Assembly: GCF_036321535.1 (NCBI RefSeq)
Contig: NC_087447.1
Coordinates: 50,966,001 to 51,030,000 of the forward strand
Reading direction: 5' to 3'
DNA length: 64,000 nucleotides
Origin: Camelus dromedarius
Lineage: Eukaryota
Below the pieces are notes generated by a model. That model was not told where the DNA came from, made no database searches, and saw nothing but the letters and a program-made list of their open reading frames with translations. Below, one piece after another: positions 39,971 to 54,300 of this stretch (position 1 is the first letter of the stretch; each line of letters opens with the position of its first letter). A program made the translations under genes and the position numbers.

Positions 39971-40370
39971 ATGTTACCAGCAGATCAAAGAACCTTGTGA
40001 CAAAAAGTATTAGTAGAGACAAAGAGGGACATTTCATGATGATGAAAAATGACTTTTAAAAATGGAATTTTTCATTCATAGGCATACAATCACATAGACT
40101 CTGAAGGAGAAATAAACAAATCCACAACCATGGTAGGAGATTTACCACACTTCTCACATTAAATGATATAATTAACGGACAAAAATTCTGTAAGGAAATA
40201 GAGGATTTTAACATGATTAACAAACTAGTCTTAACATTTACAGAACACTGAACCCTGTACTCAATAACTGCAGAATACATATACTTTGCTAATGGAAACA
40301 GAACACTTACCAGTACTGATCATATACTGAGCCACACATCTGGTTTTATTAAACTTGTAAGAATTGAAGT

Positions 40371-43300
40371 TGAAACCATGTCCCATTGGGTTAAAAAATA
40401 TTGCACTGCAAAACCATACACCATAAGGTTACCAGAAACTGTTGAGTAATAGAAATTCTTGAGCTTGTCTTATAGATTAGCAGATAAGGGAACAGCTTAT
40501 TTTAAAAACAAACAAAAACTGCCTTCACTGGGCAAGCTTGCTTTAAATATTTTGTTGTAAAATGCACACCCGCCAAGCTTCACATAGCTTAATAACTTGG
40601 AGTCAGCTCTTGTCCAGTTTGAGCTGGCTTACACTAGTTAGGACCACCAGCCGTAAAACTGGACCCACACAAGTATCTGTTGATCTTTTGATGTCAGAGG
40701 GTCAAAAACTGTACTCTCAGATCATGCTAAGCACCTCCATTTTTAAATATACATCCTATGAAGAACCATGTAATTCAAATATGCCTGCACAGACCACTAA
40801 CTACCTCACCTTCCCCTTACCTCCAATCACCTTTTTCCACACATAAGACCATCCTGCTTCTTTATCAAATAAATATCTCAAGCCCCTTGCTTTCAGGGAG
40901 CTGGATCTGAGATTTATTCTTGGCTCTGAAAATTGTTCTCTACTGCAAACCTTGGTGTCTTAAGTGTTTGGTTCACTGAACATCAGGCAAATGAACCTGA
41001 CTGAGTACCAAATTTGGGGAGCCAACCAAGAGGTAAGTCCAGATGGACATTTTGCCCATGGTTTTTGGTTCCTTACTGGTATTGAGAGCCTGTGGATGAG
41101 TCAAAGCAGCTGCCTGTTACATCTGTTCCAGGGACTATCCCCAGATTTGCCCTGGCATGGTTCTGCTTACCTTTGGTGCATAATTTTGCTCTGCAGCTAA
41201 GAAACAGTCTCTGGGTATGGAAGATAATTTTGGGTGATTAATGTTATTAAAAAGTACCTGTGCCTAAACTGTCCAGATCATGGATTAAAGACTCAGCTGT
41301 CCACGTAGGATTTTCTTATTTGCTAATAAATGACTATTTGGGGGCTGAGAATTTTAAAAGATTTCTACTTTATATTAAAATGAAACTGAATGAAAATGGG
41401 AAATTATACTTTTAAAGCCTATAAGCTCCCAGACAGGCAGCCACCCACTGGAATTCTAGGTGGCTTCATGTACAACTGGTGTGGAGCCAACACTTCCAAG
41501 TACTTACTTAATTGGGAACTGAAGGAAATTTCACCCTGAAAATCATCAAGATGAGGTTTGGGTTGGTTTTGTTTTGTTTTGTTTCTTTTTTTGACATTCA
41601 AAAACTGGTTTTGGGAGTTTGGGGTTTTTTGGGTTTTGGGGTGGTTTGTTGTTTTTTTTTTTTTTTTTTTTTTTTGCATATGCAGTTAGAGAAGCTGGCT
41701 TGATAAAATATCTTTTCAAAATTCTGACTCTGTGGAAACAAATGAATTCCCAGGACAGTGCTTCAAGTTTTAACATTTATGTTCTTGAAATACAAACATA
41801 GCTCATATTGCCTAGACTATGGCCTTGGATTAATTAGTAGAACGTAAAATTGAAAAATAAGGAGGTGAAAATGTCTTTTAAGTTCAAGTGAGTAAATTTA
41901 ACTTATTCCAACTGTTATTTACAAACTAGTAAGTTTTATTGTAACTAATTCTTGACTAAGTTTTAAATTGAAGCTATGAGGTCTCTGGTTATGTATGTGT
42001 GCACATTATAAATATGATATATCTTTACCTCTGAATGGTTTTACCAAAATGAATTTTTAAGTGAGCTCTATTTAATTGGCTTAAAGAAAATTAAGTGCTT
42101 ATATAAATTCTCAGAAATATTTTTAAAAACTAACCTTAATGAATTTCAAATTCATGTGATCCAGGAAATATTTAGTATTAAATTAACATTTGGAATGAAA
42201 GAGTAGGAAACTAACAAAATGGCTTCCCTGATGCTAAAGCTGTTTGCTGATTCATTCTGACTTAAAATTCTTACAATTTGTTTTTCTCTTTTCGCTGATA
42301 ACCCCCCCATCTCTCCTTCACTTGCTCAACTGCTTTTGTGCTAAACAGTCCCCAACCTTTCTATTAATCTCTTCATTCCCCATACATTCTTTATCCAGAA
42401 TAGTTTATCCTTTAACCCTGAAGCTGTATTCCAGGAAGGTGGTCACGGGCTGATAGCTTCCGAAGAATGAATAGACTCTCTTGAGTTTCTCAATGACAGC
42501 AGGTCGATTCATCAAGATTAAGAATATAGGACCCTGGGAAATCACCTGATTATTGTCACCTTTCTGTTCTGTCCAGTTTTTCTATAAAACCTCAGAACAA
42601 CGACCCCAAGATGGATTCACAGTCTAAGGCATTAGCCTGCTGTGACTCCCCTTCGCCTGGCAAAGCAATAAAGCTGTTCTTTTCTAATCTTCCCAATACT
42701 CTGCCTCCAAGTCTCAATTCAGCTATTGGGGTACAGAAGCCAGGTTTTGGCAACAGTATTAAAGCTAAAGATTGTTATTTTAATTAGTATAAGCATGTCT
42801 TTAGTGTTATCAACATTAGTAAAATACTTTTTGTACCTAGTTTAACTGAAAGTCAGTAAGTTCACATTACTTCTGTTGCAAAACTTGTCAGCAAAAAAAT
42901 AAGTTTATACAATGAAACTTTTAAGTAAATTAAATGTAAATGAGGTGAGGGCTTTTTTCCATGAACTCTTTGGGAATGATTGTATTTTAGGACTATATAC
43001 TTTAAAACAGTCTCTCCAGACAGTTGGTAACTTGAAATTTTAGGGTTTTGCTAAACTAAGTTCAATGATACGAATTCATTAAATATCCAGATCATTTCCA
43101 AGCAAGATAAAATACTGGAACTTTAATTGCTAAACAAATCTAAGTTTACCTACATTTGTCTTCTTATGAAAGGAAAACTAAATGTGTTTGGGTCCATTGG
43201 ATACAAGTCTTGTACAACATTGAGGAAAGAAATTATGCTGTAAGTAAATGTATGTGTCTAGAGGTTATAGAATATGTTCATAAGTTTGTCAATCAAGAAA

Positions 43301-44905
43301 TTCTGGTATGCTCACAGTGCTTGCTTCTTGGTTTTCATTAGAGACTAAGGTTATGAAGAGGTAAAAACTGTAAAATACATGTAATTAAAGTTACTAAAAA
43401 TAGTAAGAAAAACATCTATGTAGGAAAGTAAAATGTGTGTTTTCAGTGCAGAAGGGTATGAAAAATGGAAATGCATTGTTAATGGAAAACAAAGTGATTT
43501 TTTTGTCCTAAACCTGGTTATTTCTAATGGGAGAGAAAATAAGTGTAAGCTAACATGGATACAAAAGATTGTGGAAGCTTTATGGAAAAGAAACCCTGAG
43601 AAAGGAGTTTTGCACATGGTCAGGATTGGTTAAGACTAGATTGGATTTAAGTAGGCAAATAAATATTAAAAGTAAGCTAGTGCAAGACTGGAGTTTGGTG
43701 TTCTATCTATTAAGAGAACCAAGATTTCTTGGAATATTAAGCTGCTTTTGATTACAGATTGTAAGTTTCTTTACCTTTTAAGTCATCTATTATAACTTTC
43801 TGTATATGCCTCTGAAATCTTTTTGTGGCACTTTGGTTAAGTGACTAAGTATTATTTTACAATGACCTATGATCCTATTTAACTAAATGTTTTGAAACTG
43901 TCTTGGTATTTCTGACAAAATTCCAAAAATCAAATTCTAACCAAAGTTCTTTTGACTTCTAGCTAACTTTTAGAGTCTTCATAGGCCCCTGAAACATGAG
44001 AGAGAAATATTAAACTAATTAGGATTACTTGGTATGTTAAATTACATGGGGAGCATTGTCAGTTAGTGGTGATTAATCTTCTTATGTCACACTGTATGGG
44101 TAAATATAATATAAATGTTCTAGAAATTATGTGAAATTTCTAAGAATTGGATAGGTCCTGCTGTAACATTACCTATCAGTCATAAATTCTACCTATTATC
44201 TTAAAACATTGTATGTCACAGTGGCAATCAAGTTTATTTGTCAATTGCATTAAGACCAGATCTTTAACCATGCCCTTTAACTCTGATGCTTTTGCAAAAA
44301 TCCTTCATCTTTAACAATTATAGAAAGGACTTTTCGACAAGTACGGGTTTCTGATAAGCTTCATATCATACTGCTAAACTGAACAAGAAATTAAAGAATT
44401 CTAATGGAAACCCTGATGGTTTCATAAAACTGTTAACAAAATATTAAGATCAAGGATTAGGAATGTAGGATGAAGTAAACTGATGAATATGGTTATAAGT
44501 TTTATAGTTTTTATCTTTAATATTACTGGCTTTTCATGTGTTTTCCAGATATAAGGAAAGCTTTTCCCTTAAAAGATAATTAAGGCTTACAGCAACCTGG
44601 TAAATTATACCTTTGTCAGTAAAATTGAAACATTTATCTTTTTGTATCCCATCTCTCCATAATTTGGAAACTCTTAGTATTTAAATTTTCATGGAAATAT
44701 AAATCACTTGCATGAGTTCAATAAGAATTTGTTCTCCTTATAATAGGACACAGTTGGAAATAATGGTAATATTAACATGGCTTTGAATGAAATGTCTTAT
44801 TTGAAAAATACATAAAATCAAATATGACCAGACAGCATTAAAGAACTATGATGGAATTTATGGAACCATAAAGCCCCTTAAAATGACAAACCTGGTTCAG
44901 TAACA
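40371..44905 (+). mobile_element. ERV1 (MER4/MER34-group-like) provirus remnant: 5' LTR 40371-41010, PBS, AT-rich non-coding internal region, ~20 bp of 3' LTR end
   Basis: TG...CA LTR. PBS TGGGGAGCCAACCAAGAG (41015-41032) is 15/18 to the complement of the tRNA-Arg(ACG) 3' end. TSD AAGT (40367-40370) / AAAT (44906-44909). Confidence 0.75.
42196..42755 (+). mobile_element. Nested solo LTR (ERV1-type)
   Basis: TGAAAG...GGCAACA termini, TATA-like tctataaaa, and 'cctggcaaagcAATAAAgc' poly(A) signal. Confidence 0.8.
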
Positions 44906-45997
44906 AAATCTTAAGGGTATATTTTCGACTACAGTGCAGTCAAGTGAGCAATCAGTCATAAAATGATAACTATAAAATTCCACATTTATAAATTAAACAT
45001 CATTTATAATTTAAAAAATAGGTCAAAGGAACATAATCACAATGAAAATGAAAAAAAGGTTTAATTGGTTGATGATGAAATTGCAATGAATCTACAGGAA
45101 CTGGTATGAACAGCTGCAAATATTGACCTGTCACATAAAGACATTGTGAACAAAAATTCTGTGACAAGGAGGACGGTTGACTGCTTAAATACTAAAAAAA
45201 AAAAAAAAAAAAAAGGCAGCATTTTAACCAGAATCATTACCATAACCATCTTCCACATATCTGTAAATTCTTTACTTTCGGGTCTACCAGCCAGGGTAGC
45301 CAAATTCACATGAAAACTCAGTAACATTTAAGGAAAGACGAACAAACATGGTTTCCCTTTCATATCTCTTCTCTGGTTTCCAAACCCATATACCTAAAAC
45401 TCTACTGAAATCTCCACTTGGATTTCTCACTGATATCTCAAAATTAGTATGTGCAAAACTGAATCCTTGACTTCCCCTCCAAAGCCTAATCCTCTTGAGG
45501 TCAGTCCCATCTCAGTAGAAGGCAGCACTCTTCACCCAGTTGCTAGAGGCAAAATCCAGGGCATGCCTGTTAGGATTGAGAAACTACAAGATTTACTTTA
45601 CTACCATAAAAACACTAGAAAATTGGACACAATACAAGAAGTAACTATTTTCAGACGTTGAACAACAGGCAGCGTTGGGCAGTGATCTTTGAGAAGAGAA
45701 ACAACAAGCCGCGCCCTTCACAGCTGTAGAGACTTCCGACTAAGCCCAGGACGCCCAGCCCAGCCACCGGGCTGCCCAGGGGCTGGGGGCTTCGTGCCCC
45801 ACCCTGGATGGGGGCTGGGGATCGGCTTAGGTGGAAGCCCTTTGTCTCAGCGTCCTCCCTGGAGCAGTGGGGTAATGGCAGCGCCAGCTTCACCCGACGT
45901 GGTGAGCTGACTAGGCAAAGCACCTCAGGTGTGGCCGCCAACTTGACGGTATTTTTGGAGATGCTTAAGAGGGAAGCATAGGGCTAGAGATACTTAC

Positions 45998-46130
45998 GGT
46001 GACTTCACAGCCCCAAACCTAAATCTGGAATTCAGATGCACAAGACCAACGTCTCTCAAGATGGAGGCCGTGGGGAAGTAGATGCGTGAGGTCAGAGGTA
46101 CAGGTGGGCGTGTTCAGGGGCGTGGCCTCA
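45998..46130 (-). promoter_or_regulatory. Candidate proximal GDPD4 promoter and non-coding first exon
   Basis: Two SP/KLF boxes (46103-46112, 46117-46126), TGACCTCA CRE-like site (46087-46094), YY1-like CCATCTTG (46057-46064), consensus donor ACC|gtaagt at 45998/45997, and local CpG enrichment at 45700-46130. Confidence 0.6.
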
Positions 46131-47877
46131 GATGCCTAGTTAGACACTAAGACCGAATTTCAGGTTGACCCCCAACCTTAGCTCAGAGCATCCCGCTATA
46201 AATATGTTTTAAGGTATGCCCTGTTTGTTTTGTTTTGGTTTGGTTTTCCTAAAAGTAACAAGTATAAACTTGGTTCCTGTCAGTCATTTAGTTCCGGAAT
46301 TAACTATTTTTGTAACCCCGTTATTCTGATTGTTTCCCTCTTCTTATCTTTTTTTTTTTCCTACTAGTCTTTCTGTTCTGTTTTGTTTTCACAAACCTGC
46401 TTCAAAAATGGACTTGTTTTAGCTTTGTTTAATCTCTGATTTCTCTAGGCATTTGTCTAGCTCTGACCTCATTTCTGAGTTCTTGACTCATATCCAACTG
46501 CCTGCTGGTCATCTTCATCTTACTGTCTTGCTGTGCACACCTCAAACTCAGTAAACCCTAACTAGAATTATCTTTCCCTTCAACACCACTCCACCTGCTG
46601 TGGCGCCAAATTGCTAAAGAACAAGTCTGAAACCTATGACTCATTCTTAACTCCTTACATTCTTTTTCAAAATGCCTCCCACCTTATGCTGACCAAATTC
46701 TGTTTATTATACTTTCTATTCATTTCTATCCATTTCTTCTAGTCATTCCCTTGTTGATTTCAATGCCCACTAGGCCCCTAATCATCTCCAGGGTACCAGG
46801 TGCTCGGTAATGTTATGCTAAGTTTTAAGGTAGTCACTGAGTAGATTCCCAAAGAATCTCACTACTTCCAGTGTATCTTCTCCAAAATCTATCTTTCAAA
46901 GATCAGCTAGTGGTTTTTTTAAAATACAAACTTGACCATGTTTAAAATTCATTCTTAAGATTAAAGTTTAAGCTCCTTCAATTGAATCCTGCCTTTCTCT
47001 CCAACTTCATCTTCCCCCTATTCTCCTTCACTTGAAACTCCAGGAAAACCAAACGTTTTGTACTGCTTCCCTACACCATTATGTCTTTCTTCATGTTGTC
47101 TCTATTGCCAGGCTGACCCACTTCTCCCCACAACCCCCCGCCCACCCCCCAACTTTCACCTAGTTAACTCCTCTTGTTGGTGCTAAGACTCAGCTCAGGA
47201 AGGCTTCTTTGATCATTGCCACCTATTTGTCACCAACATACTTGTTTAAGTACTTCCTCCTCTTGTCCTAATGTCCCCTGAAATGACTGCACCGACTGAG
47301 ATCAGGTAGCAATCAAGGGATTAAGCAATATTTTGTGATAGGACAATTTTCTGAAACTTCATTCTGATTTCTTCTTGAGACAACTTTTCTTCTTATCAAC
47401 AGAGAATGAAACAAGTCCTAAGGTTGGCCTCATGTTAGGGCAAATATAGGTCTTATCACTCCTGGTTTTTAAAGCAGAAGTGACAAGCACAACAGAAAAT
47501 AGAAAAGGATATCAAAGAGCTTCTCAAATAAGTCTATCATATTCTTATTTCAGTGTATAATCCTAGACAAAAAAGTATGATGAGCTCACATAAGACTGTA
47601 TTGGAAGAACTCAGTTATTTTTTAAAGACACTTTCAAACTTGCAAACAGAGATTGTTAGTCATTTTTCCAAAACTCCACCCTCTTGTAGAGTAGGAGCTC
47701 TTAGTCCAGCAGTTTCCATAAGGAGCAAGCTGACTTGAGATAGTAAAACAATAATCACTAGAAAAACAATTATCTTGTGGAGAATTCTAAAAACAACACA
47801 AGAGAGTTTGAACTTTGCTATAGTCTATAATGCCTATTTCAAATAACTTTCAAACATACATACCCCCCACACACATA

Positions 47878-47947
47878 CACACAGAGTCATTTGCTATTTA
47901 AACATCTAGGATCACACAGAGTCATCTGCTATTTAAACATCTAGGAT
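47878..47947. repeat. 35-bp tandem duplication
   Basis: CACACAGAGTCAT(T/C)TGCTATTTAAACATCTAGGAT twice, 34/35 identical. Confidence 0.95.
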
Positions 47948-49057
47948 GGCACATGGTGGCTTAGGCCTTTGTGTATAGAAGTTTCTCAGAAACATGTAAG
48001 AAGCTAGTAATATAAAAACAGCCAATTCCTAAATTCCCCGTAGCTTACAGTCTAGGTAACAGCTATCTCAATCTGTTTTGTTTTGTTTTGTTTTGTTTTT
48101 TTTGCAGCTTTCTAATTTTTATAAGAGCAATTGTATCGCTTACTGCTTGGACTAAAGGATGAGTCGGGGTTGTTTTAAGTATCAGGTATCTAAATCTGCA
48201 AAATAATTAAACTGACAAAAAAAAAAAAAGTGATGAACTGGAGACCTAAAGATACATGCATCTCACCAGCTGAGTGCCAGCCTCTGATTTCTCTTTCTTG
48301 GCTAGCCTTCTGGGCTTGATGCCAGACTCTGGTTAACTGTGCAGCAGCGTATCAAGCCCAAAGTTTAGACATTATCTCTGCTAAATATGTATGGTATTCC
48401 TGTTTTTAACATGTCCTTTTTATTAAAAGTAATGAATCTCCTTACTTTTCAATGAAAGATTATTGCAATCAATACTTTTCTTTTTAATACACCCACAATG
48501 AAGAAATTCACAGTAATCTGAAAGAAACAGTAAATAGCAGAATTGGGGCTTAACCCCTTAAAAGCTTGATAAGAAAAAAAGAATCCAATTATTTTGAAAA
48601 GCGTATCCTGAAGCAGCCTGAAGTAGATATAGGTTGTCATCAATGTTGACTGATCTTTAATTCTGTGAACAGAAACCAGCTATTAAGATGCTTGAGCATA
48701 GCTTAGACTCCTAGTTACTGATTCTTCCATAAAACCTCAATTTTAGCACTAGTAAGAGTTTGAGGCATAAAATCTGATAAACCAGGTAATTCCAAGCACT
48801 ATAAAACAGGACTGCATTTGCTTTATGTCAGGGATTGTATAAAATGCATTGCATAGGTTATTTTATTTCCTCAGGGCCTTGGAAGTAGATACTATCATTA
48901 TACACATTTAACAGATCTAGAAACTGAGGCTCAGAAAGGTTAAGTAGCTCCTCCAAGTCACACACAAGCCTCTGAAAGAACCAAAAATTAACCCAGCCCA
49001 TTTCACTCCAATTACACTATGCAACTTAGTTTCCTTAGACTTGGGCTCCTCAGTTAA

Positions 49058-49245
49058 GTAGGTATGAGCCACTTGTAGCTACTTAAGTTTTAATTAATAA
49101 AAATTAATAAAATGTAAAAGTCAGTTTCTCAGTCACTAACCACATTTCAAGTACTTAGTAACAGTGTGTGGCCACCAGCTACTGTACTGGACAATGCAGG
49201 TAGAGAACCCATCATTGCAGACAGTTTATTGGATATTGCTAGTCT
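49058..49245. mobile_element. hAT-Charlie MITE (MER3/MER33-like)
   Basis: 'gccacttgtagctacttaag...cacatttcaagtact..gtggc..cagctactgtactggaca'. Confidence 0.7.
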
Positions 49246-49574
49246 AGAGTCACAGGTAACTGGGATGACCTCTTTCTTTCCTGATAATGGAAATTACCTG
49301 GTCATTTTAACATCCAGTAAATTCGATTCCCAAGTTTAAGCTCAAGTACAGCAATATTTTAGCCCCTGTGATCAGTGATCAGCATATCTGTGCTCAACTT
49401 TTCTTGATCCTAATTTCTGTGTTTATTTATTAATAGTTTACTGAAAGAGTTCTTTTTGAAGGTTTTCTTAAATCATTCAAAGAGGGCAGAATATAAATAT
49501 AACTAAATAAAAATCAGGACACATGATCTGATTTTTGCATGACCCCCTGGTATAAGGTACAGAACAGGACTCAT

Positions 49575-51357
49575 GAGCCAACTATATGCTTTCTACAAGA
49601 AACTCACTTCAAATAGAATAATACAGGCAGGATGAAAGTAAAATGGAAAAGTTACACCATGTAAACATGATTCAAAGGAAAGCAAAAGAAGCTACATTCG
49701 TATCAGATAAATTATATTTCAGAGCAAAGATAATTATTAGACACACAGAAGGACATTATATAATGATAAAAGGGTAAATCCACAAAGAAGACATAGCAAT
49801 TCTAAATTTGTGTGCAACAGACAACAGAATGGCAAAATGTTAATGGAAAACTAATAGAATTGAAAGGCAAAATAGAGCCACAGTAGTTCAAGCCTTCAGT
49901 ACCCAACACTCTCAAAAACTGATAGGACAATTAGATTGAAAATCAGCAAATACTTAGAGGAATTCAACAACAGCAATTGATAGAATCTAATTGATATTTA
50001 TAGAACTTCTGCCCAACAACATCAGTATATACATTCATTTGAAATGCTTATGGAACATATGCCAATAGAGACCATACTCTTGGCCTTAAAATAAACCTTG
50101 ACAATTTTAGGGAATTTAAATCACATAGTGTGTGGATTGATACACTGGAATCAAACTAGTAATCATAAAAGAAAGATAATGTGAAAATCTACAAATATTT
50201 TGAAACTAAACCCCACACTTCTAAATAATTCAAACTATATTATACTTCAAACTATACCACAAGCTGCAGTAATCAAAACACTACAGTATTGGCACAAAAA
50301 CAGACACACAGATCAACACAACAGAACAGAGAGCCCAGAAATAAACCCACACTCATATGATCAATTAATCTATGACAAAAAGGCTAAAATATACAATAAG
50401 GAAAAGATGGCCTCATCAATAAAGGATGCTGGAAAAACTGGACAGCTACTTGCAAAAGAATCAAACTGGACTATATTCTCACACCATATATAGAAATAAT
50501 GGGTTAAAGACTTAAATGTAAGACCTGAAACCATAAAACTTCTACAAGAAAACTTAGGCAGTACACTCTGTGACACTGGTCTTAGCAATATTTTTTTGTA
50601 TATGTCTTCTCAGGCAAGGAAATAAAAGCAAAAATAAACTAAAGGGGATACATCAAATGAAAGTGCTTTTGCACAGCAGAAGAAATTGTCAACAAAAGGA
50701 AAAGGTAGCCTACTAAATGGGAGAATGTATTTACCAACAATATATCTGATAAAAGGTTAATATCCAAAATATACAAATAACTCATACAACTCAACATAAA
50801 CAAAAACTCAATTCAAAAATGAGTATGCAAAAATAAGTGTCCATCAATAAATCAATGGATAAAGAAGTGATGTGTGACTCTGTGTCACACTCACACAGAG
50901 ACAATGGAATATTACTCAGTCATGAAAAAGAATGAAATTTTGCCAATTGTGACAGCATTGATGGATCTAGAGGGTATGATGCCATGTGAAATAAGTCAGA
51001 CAGAGAGAGACAAATACCGTATGATTTCACTTATAGGCAGAATCTAAAAAACAATCATACATAACAAAATATAAATATTCATAAGTACAGAGAACAAACA
51101 ATTGGTTGCCAGAGAGGAGACAGCTGTGGGTATGAGTAAAATGTGTAGGGGAGATTAAGAGGTACCAACTTCCAGTTATAAAATAAATAAGTCACAAGGA
51201 TATAATGTACAGTATAGGAAATAAAGTTAATAATATTATAATTTTTCATGGTAACATGGTAACTTGAGTTATCATAGTGATCATTTTGTAATACAAGAAA
51301 ACATTGAATCGGTATGTTGTACATGTGAAATTAATACAATGCTGTAAGTCAATGAAA
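49575..51357 (+). mobile_element. Composite L1 (old EN-domain fragment joined to an ORF2 C-terminus/3'UTR with internal deletion)
   Basis: EN-like sequence to ~50230, then a WHKNRH..ESPEINPH peptide and a 3'UTR ending at ~51357. Confidence 0.85.
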
Positions 51358-54300
51358 AAAAATTATATCAGAAAAAATTGTCTGATATAAGCTTGGAATC
51401 AAAATTCTGCTACCTTATGCTCACTGCAAAGTGAAGATTGGCCCTGCCATTTCAAATGTAGAATTTTAACTAATTTACCAATGAAGATGATCCAGGACTC
51501 ATTCCTGTTTCTTGTATGTATTCTCTCAGCCCATATTCTCTGTAGCTACTCTTACCTTACTAGGATTTTTCTCATCTACCTACATTAAGCTGTGGTTTCT
51601 TATACTCCAATCGGATTTTATCTGCTTTTTATCTTCTGTGAATTTTTGACAATGATCCTTGTATATCCTGTTTTTGTTCTAGAGCATTGTTTTGAATTTA
51701 TTTTTAATGTATCTTTTCTGAAATTAAGAAATGTAGGACAGCAAAAGAGACAGACACATGAATTCATTCTACTACCCTGATCCAAGTCCTTTCTAACATG
51801 GCAGTTTAGAGTAAAATGCACGTTCTGCTGTATCAATCTCCTGTGTAAAATATACTTTCTTAGCTCCAGCACAAAGGTCAAGTTCTTTGGCCTGACATGA
51901 TGTATCTTTAACTTGGCTTTTGTTCACGCCACCTCACAGGAGAAACCATTTGCCCTTTTCTCTGGCTGGTATCTGTGTGGTTCCTGTGTTTACCTGACAC
52001 CGTATTATATCCTTGTTTACATGTTCTTAATCCTCACTAAATTGTGAAATCAAGAGCAAAGACCCTACCAGTCCTTGAGTCTTCAGCACCAAAAGAACCT
52101 ATCATATAGTAGCTGCCTATTGTATAAACGAGAACTAAAGTGCTATAGAATCTGAGAGCCTTCTACACCCCAATGTCAACAGCAGGCCTTGGAATGAACC
52201 ACAAATAAAAGAATTCTGGGGTTGGAAGGAATCTTAAAAATCATGTTTGCTAAATGAAAAAGCAGTTACCACCAACTCCATGCAAACTTCCTTGTACTAC
52301 CAGACAGAATCAATCACTCCATCAAATATGACCCCCATTAGACATTAGTCACATATCTCTCTTGCAGCTGTTATCCCTCTATTCTGATGTTAATTTTTTT
52401 CTCAAGGACTAAGGTAATGCATACCCTTCTTGTATCACCAACACCTTGACAAAGAGAAGGTGATAATAAGTATTTATGGTACGAGGGAATAAATGAATGC
52501 TCAGGAGAACTGAATTTTGTATCAGTTCCCACCAGTAACTCACTCAAGGGTTATGGAGCAAGTCACTTAATCTCTGTGTCTCAATTTCTTAACTTGTGTC
52601 ACGTAAATAACAATCCCATCCAATTATTTCACAAATCAAGTTGAGTAATCTTTTTGAAACCAATATAGAAAACAATGCCATGTTACCATAATACAAAACA
52701 TACCTCCCCTCCCCAGTGTAAAAACTAGTAAGGAAGTAAAGAGGATTGAGCCACAGGGACAATGTTGTGAATTGGGGAGAAAATGTCCTTGACAGCCTGA
52801 GTGGTTTTAACTGTAGATACTAAACCAGTACAGGTTTTTACCAAGCAGGTGTTATCCCCTCTGCCATATGGCATAAGCCCCAGGGCTCCTCATCCTTGGT
52901 AACAAACAACAGGCCTAAGGCTTTCCTGCAGTCTCCTTTATAAGACCTTTCTGGCTTCTTTCTCAGTTTTCTGCCACAGTGGAAGGAATCCTGGACTGGG
53001 ACTCAGAAGTCACTAGTTCTAATCTGGTTCTCCCACAAAAGCAATTGTGAGTCTTCAGGAAAGTCTGTTTCCTTACCTGCAAAGTGTGGAGGATAATACT
53101 TCTTCACAAGATAACCGTGAGGACTAATTATGCTAACACATATAAAGTTATTAGCACAGCACCTGGCACATATCAGCTACTCAATAAATAACAGCTGTTA
53201 CTCCTCCTATAAAAGCATAAAGGCATTTGAGCCACAAGGCACAGCTCAGCTTTGTTCAGGCCCCTTCTTCAATAATTTACAGTTGAATAAGGGGGAGAAA
53301 CTCCCAAAGAGCTTAACATTTGCAAATTCTTCCCCATCTTTTCATTACATCTCTTGCACTTGATGAAAGTATGTTATCCAGAAAGTAATGCAGACTGGGA
53401 ATCAGATACCTATTGCCATTAACTCCTCTAGACTTCAGTTTTACCTTCTATAAGACAAAGATAATAAACCACCTCATTAAATTCTGGTGAAGATTAAAAG
53501 AGACAGTGAGTAAGAAAGGATTCACTATGCCACAAGGCACTGGATATGTGAACAATTTGTATAACTGATAGTGAATAAATGACTCAGAGTAAACCAATCC
53601 CCACTGCTGGAAGCATGGTTCAAAGTATTTGAGTGGTGACTCAGTACTGTGTTAGAACATACAACTCCCCCACTTAGAATTCTTCAATAGCTTCTCATTA
53701 CCTTTAAAATAAAGTTAAAACTCCTACATGATCTGACCTGCTTACCCACTGCCTCATCACCCACCGCTAGTCCCTTCACACTTCACATTCCAATCATAAC
53801 AAACCACTAACAGTTTCCTGTACAAGCACACCTCGTAAACCTCCTTGCCCTGGCATGTGCTACTTATTCTCTCTCAATTCTTGCCCTAGATAACCAGCTC
53901 CTTCAGCTCAGACTCTTATCATCAAGAAGCCTTGTTTATATATCCATCCTTTCATTCAGTAACTGGTTACTTGCCTTGGATCTAGCAGACAAGTCAGTCA
54001 CAGCCCCTGGGCTCATGAAGTTCTAGCACACTGCACTGTAACTGTGCCTTCATGTCGCTCACAAGACGGAGATTCACAGGAGTTGGGACAACGTCTGATT
54101 CATCCCTATACTGCCACTTCTCCACACAGGATCTGGCAGAGAGTAAGGGCCTTGCAAATGTTTAGTAAAGCAATTTGATGTAGTAAATCCATATAATCAC
54201 CACCTTTGTACAAGAGACAATAGCGAGTATAAAGAATAGCAGCATCTCTCATGTATATCATAGCTTGCTATTTATAAGACCCTCTCAAACATATCAACAA

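Noticed and set aside
47878..47947. 35-bp direct repeat pair as CRISPR-like or regulatory array
   Set aside because: Two adjacent copies with no spacer in mammalian intronic DNA; a simple tandem duplication.
51363..51390. Perfect 10-bp inverted repeat TTATATCAGA/TCTGATATAA
   Set aside because: Too short for a pre-miRNA, AT-rich and at an L1 tail; plausibly chance or a repair scar.
53580..53643. Pair of AP-1 sites (TGACTCA) 57 bp apart
   Set aside because: About a dozen such heptamers occur in the window, near chance expectation; no independent evidence of an enhancer.
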